Of a DNA stretch of 64,000 bases, positions 42,776 to 53,852 are shown one piece after another; the first letter of the stretch is position 1, and each line of letters begins with the position of its first letter. Source of the DNA: Amoebophrya sp. A120 (Eukaryota; Protista; Dinoflagellata). The notes beneath the pieces are model-generated. The model did no database searches, was not told the DNA's origin, and worked only from the letters and a program-made list of their open reading frames with translations. The stretch is from positions 248,001-312,000 of the forward strand of contig CAJINV010000008.1 in NCBI GenBank assembly GCA_905178155.1. Direction: 5' to 3'. A program made the position numbers and the translations under genes.

Positions 42776-44738
42776 ACTTAAATTCAGCTACATACTGGCG
42801 TCAACGCCATCAGAAGTTTGACATCTTTGCACTTATCTGAACCAAAGTGGCTGATCTTGATCCACTTGAACTACCTGATCAACTTTCGTCCAGGATGTAT
42901 AAAGATCCGTGGCATCAACAGCGAGCTGGACAGTAGAGAGCTCAGCCATCAACAGAAAGACAGATCGTGTCCGTGACCGAAATAAAAATTTCAACAACCA
43001 GACCAAACAACTTGGCCAACAACAAAACAGAAACACCAACCGCCAACATCTTCAATTACAGTGGTGCCGATAGCACACCACAAAATAAACCAACCGAAAT
43101 CCTGGAAACAATAACAAATGTCCCCGGCAACCCTACAGATGAACTATGAGAAACGGTTTTTCAGAGCTGTATTATTGTTCCAGCGACAAAAAAGCTTTTG
43201 CTGCAAAGCTGCTGCTCCTGCTCAGGAGGTGCTTGCTTCGTGCCGCTTATCCGGATTCGTAAAGTGGGCGTCCAATCCTCGTGTGCAATCCTCATACTGG
43301 CTCTGGCTCCGCCGACCGCAACCCTCTGCGGAACCTGCAACACTTCAAGGCACCTTATCAACTTTGTTCATATGCAATTGGCATTATGCCTATCCTTGCT
43401 TTGTGGAAATAAATGAAAGCTGTGAAAAGTCAATAGAATTCGCCCGAAGATCAGAACAAGTTAATACTTTTTACTGCTTTCATGAAATAATCGACGCGAC
43501 CAAATTAATAGGTGTTGCATCACCTGCTCTAAGAACTACACCACTCTCGAGTTCGATAGAGAGAGAGTGAATCTTCTTGATGTAACAAAGAAAATCAATA
43601 AAATCACTAAAAAAGCTCGCTGGATGCTAGAATTCGTGTAATACACCTCCATTTCCTGAATCTGAAAATTGCCGGCATAAGAATGAAAGGGTAATCTTCG
43701 AAGCTAACACTTTCCAGGCAACATCCACAGAAATCCTTTTAGTTTTTAGCCCGATAGATTGAGATTGTTCCGCAGAGATGATACGTACCGGCGCAAGTAC
43801 TAGTAGAATTGAAGTAGAGTGACGAGGCTATGCCGCCCTCGGCGCCATTCCCATCTCGTCATTTGCAAAGCATTTTACATCTTCCGGTGGAGGTGACGCA
43901 ACGCGCATCTTGATCTTCCTGTTCTACACATGCAAACCAACATATTATCATCTGTGGGCGAGGGCATATTCACTTGAAAACTAACGAGTATTCTTAAATT
44001 ACGCCAAGCAAAGAGCTGCTCCTGCAGTAGCGTAGCTTTACTTTTGATTTTATCACCTATCCTCACCGCATATTACAGTTGATTGAAAATCCTGCTGTCT
44101 TGCTTTGTAGTTTTGACCTCTCCTACTTGCCGAAAGAGTGATTATTTTTCAGATCCGGACCACAGTACAGTGCAAAGTGTAGTAATGGAAGGCCCCGTCA
44201 TGACGAAAACCACACCAGACATCAAACTTCGGTGGTTAGGAAACAGTACGGCGTCCAGACGACATCTCCATGCGGGAGTCGTAGCTAGTTCTACTGTTGT
44301 TGTCGTTAGTCTTAGTGCTGCTCCTGCTTCACTGAAAATAAACAATTGTGCTTTTTCTTTTGCTCCTCCGCGCAAAAATCTGCTACTGAACCAACAATAT
44401 CAAGCGTTGTTGATGTACCAATTGTTTCTTCTTGTGCTCTTATCTTTTATCTTCCATGATACATCTATGAAAGTTGTGCTTCCAGTCACTAATTTCCCGA
44501 CTGAGTCGAAAAGAATCGCACGCGGCCGGGCCTGCACAAAACGGCTCAGCAAGCTCCAGCTCGTCGTGTTTCTGTTTGTGAGGATCATACTTCATACTTG
44601 AAAGAAATTATAAAAAAATCGCTCTCCGTAATATCAACAGGGTTTTCCTAAAATCAGTGCTTTCTACATAGACGCATAAGCACAGCGGACCGACGAGCCA
44701 TTGTTAGTGGCCCGGTGTGGCTCTACCTTGCCTTTGCC

Positions 44739-47612
44739 TTACGACGCCATGTCAGCTGGAATGATTGTTCTGTGTGCGATTTGCCAAGGCTCGTTTCGTA
44801 GGAACTTATCTTCGCCCAGACACTTTGCCTTCGCGGCCTCCTCGACAGTAAAATCCGTTTCGATTAGGAAGCGAAACTCGCCACTGCGTGATTTAAAATG
44901 TTCATCCATGTCCTGGCCCTCATACGGTACAGTCGGAGATGTCACCACCCGGTAAAGTACAGGCGATGAACCCTCCGGCTCAAGTCGCTTCGTTTGGCGT
45001 TTGCTGAGAAGCAAATCGGCGCCTGCGCTACCAACTCTCGACACGAACACGCCGGGCTCTGTGGTGCTCCTGCGGGGCTTATTCACGCCCCCGTCCTTCG
45101 CAATGAGCCGTTCCCCGATGTTCAGAAAGTACTCCCGCAAGTAACGTTCCGCAAGAGATATTTCGCTCGGCTCGTCGTCTTCCCAATCGCTGCCCCCGAC
45201 TACATCCTCGGACACAACTTCCGAAACAGCACTATGACAACTTTCAGTTTCGTCATCATCTACAGCCTCCATCATAGCATCATCTTCAGCTTGTTCCGCA
45301 GGCACAGTCACCCCCTCGTCGTTCTTACCGTGACCGTCTCTTGCAGCGTCTTTGTTGTGAAATATCCAAATCCGCATGGGTCGTGAGAATGGCGATGTTT
45401 CCACACAATCGTAGTATTCTTTGAAGGTCGACCGACCAATTGGACCCAGTGGAGGAGCACTAATCTCCATGTAGTGCATCTTTATTGTGCTTTCAGGACG
45501 GAGAGACGTGGCATGGTCTTCTCCCAAGACACCATGTTCCTGCGCTTGTGCGTTGGTAACAAGGCCAGCTGGCAGACCCTCGACTTCGATTTCTCTAATA
45601 CCCTGAAAGGGATGAAAGAAATTCCAGGTGAGTAGGCTCAAGTGCTCGCCCCAGCTGCTGCGTTGCTTTCCCCAGATTGCTTCGAGGACCAAAAACAGAA
45701 GCGCACGAATGGTCGCCCCGGATTGACTTGGCATCTGGAAGGCATATTGGTAGTTTCTTCTCCAAGGAGTTACCACTAGGTCGCCCTTGCCGGGGCCGGC
45801 AAAGTCGCGGAAGACTTTGACCTTCTTGCGTGGTGACGGGTCCTGGTCGCGATCTGTACTAAGCGGCAGCGCAAGCCATTGGGTATTTTTCAGCAGATCG
45901 GATGATCCAGCAGCCGGTTGAGTCGACCAACCCTGCTGGTCCCGACGCTCTCGGAGGTCCCGCCCAGCCTCGGGTGTCGTCTCCAAGTTAGCAGGTCTCG
46001 CGCTTTCTAAAAATTCGTGCGCGCCAACGGCGGTGAGACCACTACTTTCCACCGGTTCTCCGCCGGTGGAGGTCGCACCATCCCCTACTGATGTCCGCGG
46101 CAGAATCAATTTGAAGTTCTGTGCGGTATCTGGGAGACCCTTACCAATTCCGTCGAAGGGTGCGCGCCCTCGAAACTCGATGGTTTCTTGTTGATTAAAA
46201 GGCGGCGGCAGGCTCCCCTCTTGTGGAAACTCCGCGTCAGCGAGGACTGGCGACAGCCGATTCTCGCCATAAATGACACTAACGACCCTCTGAGCGCCAG
46301 CATCTGCAGTCGCAGCGTATTCAAGATCACTGATCGTGACCGCATCAGCATCTGTGGTACGCGGAGCAGCGTTGCGGCCGTGTAATAAACCATCATCTTC
46401 AGAAGCTAACCCCATATCGACATCTGCAGATCCAGATGATGACCCTTGTGTGACGTGCCCCGTGACTGCACCAACTAGATCTTTGTTCCAGAGCGGAACG
46501 GGGCCAAGGACATACGTGCCTTCAAACTCAATGTAGAGAAACGAGTCGTCCGCCACAAAAAAATCTGAAAACTCTGGGCCATCTCGACCTAGCTCGCCAA
46601 TTTCAGCGAGTTTCATCAGTTCCTCGTCTTGCTCGCGTCCTCCTTCCGTTTTTGCTTTGTAGCTTTCATAGTCGTGAAACACCGTGCGTTGCAGCTCCTC
46701 AGACAGAAGGCCGGAAACATCCCACCAGGTCTCGGTTCCGGAGGTACTATCCGAATCCGAAATCACTTGCCCGTCGGCAGCAAGTGGCCCGATCCACGCA
46801 GAAACGCGGGTTCCGGGGCAGAAGTCGATATCCTCGCCGGGCGTTCCGTCTTGCAACTGGACGCCAACCGGCTCTTCGAAGATTGTCACTTTCAATGATG
46901 AAGATGCGACAGAGGAAGCGACGGCTTCGGTAGGCTGGGTAGGGGTAGTGCCTGGAGTTATTGATGATTTTTTTTTTGGTACCAGTAATCCACCACTTCC
47001 GACATCTCAACGAGTGGTAGATAAGACTGCGTGTCTTTATAATCTATCAGTATCATTTTCGATTGCTACTAGTACTGCCTACGACAGAACGGGATTTATT
47101 TCACTTTCCTTATTCTGAGGGCCATCATATTCGAAAAACTTCAGTAGATTTCGCGGAGAAGAAGTAGGGTTCTGACTTAATGTTAATATACTTGCAGTAC
47201 CTCCAGCCGGTTCTCCTGCCGCTGCTGGGTTCGCTTGCGAAGTAGTAGACAAAAGCCGAAACAGATTGGTTGTAAAATGAGGATTACTACTGCCCAACAA
47301 GTCGCCGCCCGGCGTTGGGGTTTCAACGACACTCAGGCCACGAATGGCCACGGTCTTTGACCGTCGCGCCTCCCTGATACTCCCCTGGATACGACGCAAG
47401 TGGGCCCGGACGAAGTACTGCATGGTCACTTTCGCGCTCGACGCTGTCGGACCCGGAGCGGAGGCCATGGGAATCACCGCCTGGACACCAGAAACAATGA
47501 GAATCGTTGAAATCAAAAATGAGAAATAGATGGGTACACGTTTGCGGAGATGAGATAGAACTAGAAGGCGGGAAGTAAAAGTTGCTTCTTTGCTCTTACA
47601 AACACTCGACAT
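44739..47612 (-). CDS. Hypothetical acidic protein with an N-terminal signal-like segment; GT-AG intron 46889-47104
   Basis: Exon 1 contains FSFLISTILIVSGVQA. The junction A|GTGAAA...GAAAG|TG joins it in frame to the 718-codon ORF. Confidence 0.65.
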
Positions 47613-48578
47613 GGTGAATTCTGTGGGAGGTGGGTGACGATTCACAATAAAATACGAAGGTAGAAAACGAAAAGCCGTTTCGGTGAAAGACGGCGGGAAT
47701 GACAGTCTAAATCAAAAGAAAATGAAAATGTAAATGGTTTTAGTAAATTATAAGTAAACAGTGCCCTAAGTCATACCCCGTACCACGAGACAAGTAGCGG
47801 CCGCAACCTTGATCTCAAAATTGTGTCTACAACTTATTTTTGCTATAATCGATGTGGGTGAGCAATAACGATTTATGTTTGGAATATGCGGAGGCGTTTC
47901 TTCTTGCCGTGCACACGTGTGCTTGAGCAAGCATAGTTTGTTCTCAATGACTGTTCGTTCATGTTGGTGCGCACGCTTTCGGACTATGTCTCCTTGTCCT
48001 TTCTGTATTCATAAAAACTGATACCTACTGACGCTATCCAAGCCAAATGGACCTCGTCTTACCATGAACCAGAACGTCGTAGCTGCGGGCGGGTTGAAGA
48101 TCCTACTTCTTAGTTACCTAGCATATCATCGAGCTAGGATCCGCCTGCCAAAGTCGACGCGACGATGGCAGTGCTGAGATACGTTCGGTGGCCTCACTAC
48201 ATCCCACCATTAGTATCATGGATCATCATCCTCAGGTTTGTCACTACACAGTGTCGTAGAGAGATCCTCAACGTCGTGATCGACTCAACAAAAGCAAAGA
48301 TACTACGAGATCACACGCAGAGTGACAACATTATCACTAAAACAGCCTCAGCCTAACACGAACCGGCCAGACTAGAAGTCGTTAAAGATCTTCTTTTCGG
48401 TCCTATTTTCATTTAGAAATCTGATGAACCAGAACCACGAGTAGATCTCTGTCGTTTCCTAGTAGTGGAGAACACCAGGACTAGAATAGGCTGCATATGT
48501 TACAATCGGAGGTTCGAGTTAGCGGTTGAATTTGATCGCGGCCCGAGATATTAAAAATAAAAGCCGTCATGACAGTAG

Positions 48579-49640
48579 TTACGCGTCCCGGGGGCTGGGG
48601 TCGCTGATCCAAGCGTCGCGCTGACGCCACAACACGTCTTTGAACAGCGAGCAGTCGAGCGAGCAGTCCTCCGCCAGGGTCACTTCCGGAACGTCCTTCC
48701 GCTCTAGCTTGCCGACGTTTTCGGCACCCTGAGCATCCTGCTTCGCGTAATCATACACCGATTTCCGGTCGCCAGCAATGTGAATCACGCCCCGGTACTT
48801 GACTTTGTCCGCGAAGATCAGCTCCAGCATCTTGGCGACGTCCCGGCTAGCGGTTTTCACGGGCTGGCGCGAGGTGAACTGGTCCACAAAGGCCTTGGGA
48901 TAGGGAAATACGTTTGGCCCGAAGGGGCAGCGAATGATGACGAATCTAGGCAGCATCTGCACCACGCACTCCCCCCCGAGTTTGCTCCAGCCGTAGTTGT
49001 TCAAGGGAAAGGTGGGGTCCGTCTCGGTGTACATCCCGCCCGGCTTCTTTCCGTCGAAGACGTAATCCGTGGAGATGTACACGACTTGCAGATCGTATTT
49101 CAGTGCTAGCTTACAAACGTTTGCCGTCCCGATCACGTTTGTGTCGATTCCCTTCGCGATTTTTTCGGGATCCTTCATGTTCACAGTGGAGACATAGGCC
49201 GCCAGGTGGACGATGGTTTCGATTTTCACGTTCTTGTTCGTTGGGGACGAGGACGGACTGGGGGCGCCACTGGCGGACGCTTCAGTGTCGTGTTCCTCTC
49301 GCGGCGCTCCGCCATTGATTTCTTCTTGTGAAGAGCGGTCGGTAGTGAATGTTGTCTTTTCGGAAGCCGTTGGTGCGATCATTTCAGTAGCAGGAGCGGG
49401 ATATGAAGATGAAACCGCCTGCGAACCTCTTTGTTCGTACCTTGCCCTCTGCTCCAAGAAGTAGGTTTCCATCTTGCTATAGTCGGAAACATCAAACTCC
49501 ACCGAACTCGGCGCCAGCACCTTCACGTCAGCAAGCAGCCTTGTCCTTTTGCCAAAGTGCTTGCGCAAATCCGTCCCCAACGTCCCGGAACCTCCTGTCA
49601 TCAGGACCATTCGGGTAGTGTGACCGCTTGAGGTGCTCAT
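48579..49640 (-). CDS. rmlD: dTDP-4-dehydrorhamnose reductase-like extended SDR (intronless)
   Basis: VLMTGGSGTLG (GxxGxxG), IVHLAAY, YISTDYVFDG, PLNNYGWSKLGGE (YxxxK). Confidence 0.85.
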   Translation of the reverse strand: MSTSSGHTTRMVLMTGGSGTLGTDLRKHFGKRTRLLADVKVLAPSSVEFDVSDYSKMETYFLEQRARYEQRGSQAVSSSYPAPATEMIAPTASEKTTFTTDRSSQEEINGGAPREEHDTEASASGAPSPSSSPTNKNVKIETIVHLAAYVSTVNMKDPEKIAKGIDTNVIGTANVCKLALKYDLQVVYISTDYVFDGKKPGGMYTETDPTFPLNNYGWSKLGGECVVQMLPRFVIIRCPFGPNVFPYPKAFVDQFTSRQPVKTASRDVAKMLELIFADKVKYRGVIHIAGDRKSVYDYAKQDAQGAENVGKLERKDVPEVTLAEDCSLDCSLFKDVLWRQRDAWISDPSPRDA

Positions 49641-50303
49641 GATTTGATTGGCACAATTTCAGTTTGTTGCTCGAGGTTCTCCGTAAACTCGAAAAAGTTT
49701 GCCGCTTTTTGCAGCCACCGAAAATAAATTTGAATGACGATGACGTACGCGCCAGCACGCCGAGGACGCTCTATCAGGGAAGCACAAGTACCGACTCATA
49801 GCTGTAGTGTGGCTTCACAGCCAAGTCTATTCATAGCTGGTCGCACAGAGACCAAGTTCATTTCTCCTTGTACCAGTAGGATCGGGCCCGCTGCAGGTGA
49901 CAAGCGTCCCGCTGGCGGAAAGAGCAAACTAGATTGCCGACTGCGACTGCAGATGAACCAGGCTCGTCGTGCTAACAGATTTTTCATTGTCTTTGTACCT
50001 AGAACGCGTCGTGGATGGAAGTATGAAGCACGTCGTCGCGACGCCACAGCTTGCGCTCGAACTTCATTCGGTCTTCGGACGTCGGCAGTTACGTCGAGGT
50101 AACTCACTTAAATCAGATCGAGCGAGATGAGTGACCAATCGGAATCGACAAACACTTAAATGTCGCGGAATCAACATCAAGCGCAGTTGTAAAGGATCAA
50201 ATACGTCGGAGCTGCAGCCGCTGTATTCCGGGTATTGTACATATGTCTCTATGTTCGTTCCAGGGTCGTGCGAAGGCACACACACCAACCTGAACTACCT
50301 CTG

Positions 50304-52820
50304 TCACTCATCGTTCAGCCAGAATTGCTTCTTCTTTCCTCCGATCTGTTCGCGCTTCGTGAGGTCAAAGTGTTCCCGAAATCGCTCGGCGTCAACGAAT
50401 CCTGCGTCCATCTTCCACAATGGGTTCACGAAATCCTCCACATCCGCGGCTTCCTGCGCATCCTCCTCGACGCCGGCCTGCTTCACGAGAATCCGCTTCA
50501 GTAGACAATCGTGGAATCCGCTAAGCATCCCGGATCGAATCTCGTCCAGAGAAGAAAAGGGAAGACACAAGGATGTCGCGGACGAGTCCTCCTGTTGCAG
50601 TTCTTGTCTCTCCTCTGCTATTGCTGAACCATCTGCATCTGTAGGTTTCTTGCTTGACAGTAGGGTCGTGCCGGGCGTTATTGTCATTTGATCGACAAGG
50701 TCGTCGACCAAATTCTGCTGCGCCGCAGAAATCTTCGTGTTGATTTTCGGGAAAGGCCACTCCCGCATATCTTCGCAGAAGGGCAGAAGCGACAGATACA
50801 ACACATACCGGTTCATTGGTGGAGGGGATGCGTCAGCAAGTAGTGCGTGACCACTTCCCGCACTGTTTCTCACGACATTACCGGTGGTCATCGGGACGTT
50901 GCTAGCGAAGGCCGGCGCGTGGCCACCACCGGCAACGTCTTGGTCTACTTCCCCCCCTGGCGCCACGAAGTCATCATCTAACTCGTCTGGTCCGTCGTCT
51001 TCGCCAGGTTGATAGGGGCGCTTTAGCGAGGAAGAGGACGCTGCTGCTGCACCTCCCCCAGCTGGAGGTTGCACACCTGGGCGATCATTTGTGGTCATCA
51101 TGGCTTGTAGACCCCGACCATCCAGAGTGGGATGAGGAAGATTTTTCCGTTCATTCTCCTTCTTTTTGCGTTGTTTTTCGTCGTGTTTGACCAAGACGGG
51201 ATTTCGTGCCGCCTCCAGGACCGCCAAACGCGGTTTGCTCTTGTCGCGTCCAACATAACGCACCAGCAGAGAGTGGTCCGTCTCGAGCATCTCCTTCGCG
51301 AGGCAGCTGAACAGCACAGCGTCACAATCTTTTTCGGGGATGACGTAGTCGGCCAGGCCGAGGTACCACTCCGGCTTGATAGTGTTGCTCTTCACGGAAC
51401 AAACGACCTCTAGGCATTTGGGCGCGCCGAAGTTGAACATGTGCAGGTCCGCCTCGCCGATGGGTACGATCTCCCCGCCGTACCAGAAACCCTTGATGAG
51501 CTCGGAGAAATCCACGTATTCCTCGGTGTCTTCCTTCTTATACACCTTCTCCCAGCGTGTGGTCACTCCCTCCGCCTGCACTGCCTTTTGTCGCTTCAGC
51601 GTCGGCACGAGCTTCTTCTGCGTTTTTGCGTAAATCCACACGGGCAACTTCAACTTTTTCGCTGGCTCCCCGTCTTCGTTGAAGTCAAGGCCGATCTCCA
51701 GGTCGCATTTCGTCTTTACCGTCGGCTTCACCTCGCGGAGCACGCGCAGGGCGCTCGAGAGCTGCTGACTTTTCACTGCCGCCGTCAACTCCACGATCTC
51801 CACGCCAAGTGGTGAAGCGTTGCTGTTGATCGCGTTCAGCGTTGCCAGAGAATGGCTACTCGCCTGTTGCCGGTACTTCTGCGAGAACAAGCCCCAGGCT
51901 GCACTCCCCTCGACGCCAAACGTGTTGGGCTCGTCGGCCGTGACAAACAGTTTGACCAGAATATTGAACTTGCGCAGTTGTGCAATGATGTTCTCGAACG
52001 CATCGTCACCAAACGCGGCGTCAACCGCTTCGGGGCCGCCCCAGCCGAGGGCCGTCGCTTTCGTCAGGAAGAAAACGATTTCGCTCCCGCTAGAAAACGT
52101 TTTGGCTCGCTTGCCGATGTGCTGCTCGATGAGCGTCTGCGCCAGAATCAATGCGTCGGTGACCAGGTCCGGGTTCCCGACGCTACTTCTTCCTGCTGCA
52201 TTCCGCTCTATCACGTTTACCTTCCGCACAGCGTCGCAGTCAATTTCCGCGACAATATGCGGATGCGCCCCCGTTGCTTTCGCCCGTTTGCCAGTTAGTT
52301 GCTGCTCGTCATTTGTTTTTCGCGGCCCGTAGGAGGCGACGAGCTGGGAAAGTTCCACCATGGCCAGGTTCTGGTACACATCGCCGACCAGCTCGGAGCT
52401 GTCGTTCGCCGGTAGCAGCTCCGCCTCGTCGCCGAGTTGGAGGTCAAGCCTGTCAATATTATCAGGACCACCGTCGTTATTGTTCTCGACTTCATTCGGG
52501 CTGAGCGCCAACGGGTTTGAAGTCCGGGCCGCTCCCACTTCCATCACGCCCACATCACTTGCTTCCGACACCATCACTTTGAGGCTGCCGGTTCCCAAAC
52601 ACTGCAACAGCTTCGAGCCCATGTACTCCACGGCGGCGTCCCGGAGGAACGCGTGCTGGTCTTCGGTCTCGGAGAGTACGTCGACACAGACAATGGACAC
52701 TTCCTTGCAGTGATTAGCGCGCTTGCACGCCGATGGCTCGTCTTGCAGAAAGTTCGACCCGGCAATAAAGGGCAGCCGGGCGGCTGAACTTGAAGAACTG
52801 CTGCTGCTGGTAGCCATCAT
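50304..52820 (-). CDS. KU80: Ku80 (XRCC5), NHEJ DNA end-binding subunit
   Basis: vWA segments IVCVDV / DALILA / IVFFLT. Core motifs LPVWIYAKT, LIKGFWYGGEIVPI, LLVRYVGRDKSKPRLAVL, LLPFCEDMREWPF, QQNLVDDLVDQM. Confidence 0.85.
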   Translation of the reverse strand: MMATSSSSSSSSAARLPFIAGSNFLQDEPSACKRANHCKEVSIVCVDVLSETEDQHAFLRDAAVEYMGSKLLQCLGTGSLKVMVSEASDVGVMEVGAARTSNPLALSPNEVENNNDGGPDNIDRLDLQLGDEAELLPANDSSELVGDVYQNLAMVELSQLVASYGPRKTNDEQQLTGKRAKATGAHPHIVAEIDCDAVRKVNVIERNAAGRSSVGNPDLVTDALILAQTLIEQHIGKRAKTFSSGSEIVFFLTKATALGWGGPEAVDAAFGDDAFENIIAQLRKFNILVKLFVTADEPNTFGVEGSAAWGLFSQKYRQQASSHSLATLNAINSNASPLGVEIVELTAAVKSQQLSSALRVLREVKPTVKTKCDLEIGLDFNEDGEPAKKLKLPVWIYAKTQKKLVPTLKRQKAVQAEGVTTRWEKVYKKEDTEEYVDFSELIKGFWYGGEIVPIGEADLHMFNFGAPKCLEVVCSVKSNTIKPEWYLGLADYVIPEKDCDAVLFSCLAKEMLETDHSLLVRYVGRDKSKPRLAVLEAARNPVLVKHDEKQRKKKENERKNLPHPTLDGRGLQAMMTTNDRPGVQPPAGGGAAAASSSSLKRPYQPGEDDGPDELDDDFVAPGGEVDQDVAGGGHAPAFASNVPMTTGNVVRNSAGSGHALLADASPPPMNRYVLYLSLLPFCEDMREWPFPKINTKISAAQQNLVDDLVDQMTITPGTTLLSSKKPTDADGSAIAEERQELQQEDSSATSLCLPFSSLDEIRSGMLSGFHDCLLKRILVKQAGVEEDAQEAADVEDFVNPLWKMDAGFVDAERFREHFDLTKREQIGGKKKQFWLNDE

Positions 52821-53852
52821 CCTTTATTCGATAGAGGATGCTTGCGTTTAGGTTTACCTCGATATCTACTCCCTTCCCAATTTACTACTAATCTCAAAAC
52901 TAGTCGGGGATGAACGTGGGCCTTATATTAGTTGCGTCATGTCAACACACTCACACCCAAAGGGAAAGTAAATAGCATGCTACTAAGCATCAAAGGAATG
53001 TATGTTGATCGGTTTCGGTAAAAACCAGAAATAGCAGCACCAAAAAGAAGAATCAAAAATACGTGAACAGGTATCTCTGTGCTCGGATGACGGAAATCTG
53101 AGTCTCTGAAATTAGCGACACACATGATGATCATGCCGTATCCTCGCAGCAAATACATATACCGCAAATAAAGAGGATCGCGTCGTGAACACTTTCTTGT
53201 CCTCAGGCCGAACATGAACAATGAGCAAAGTCAAAGCAATACAGCGACCATGTGATCTTGTTTGCGAACTTTCGTCTTTCATGGGGAAGGGGAACACTTC
53301 AGTCCCTAGAATCGAAGTTTTTTTCCACTTGTACTCGTCGCTTCGACGGTTTCGTTTTTGTAGGGAGGATACTAGAAATGGAATCAATGTAGAAAACCCC
53401 TGATTCGCAGTTTTTAGGAGGTCCCTAAACTTTGTCTGTGGAAGTCGGTTTCTGTCGCTGGTATCGATATCGGTCTTCAGGTGGACCGCACTCGTTCATT
53501 GGGATCGGAAGCGTTATCCGGTTGATTGCAATTTCAAACCGTCTCATCTTGCGCCACGTGTTTGACTTGTTCTACGTAAAGTGATTCGGTTGCTATCTCG
53601 GTTTTGATTTTTTATTACAAAAACTACTTTTTTCTGGCTTCTTACGTATTTCAATTTGCAGACGAAATTGAAAAGCTGTGAGCTTCTTGTAGATACAACT
53701 ACATGGCGTGAATAGGGACCAGGAAGTGGTGGCGGAACAGGAGAAGCCCATCGATCCTAACCCTAGTATTCGTTGATGTTGTATGTACATGCAGCACAAT
53801 TCAAAACCAAATGGGAGGAGGGATGACGATGACGAGAAAGTACTTTTGGCTT

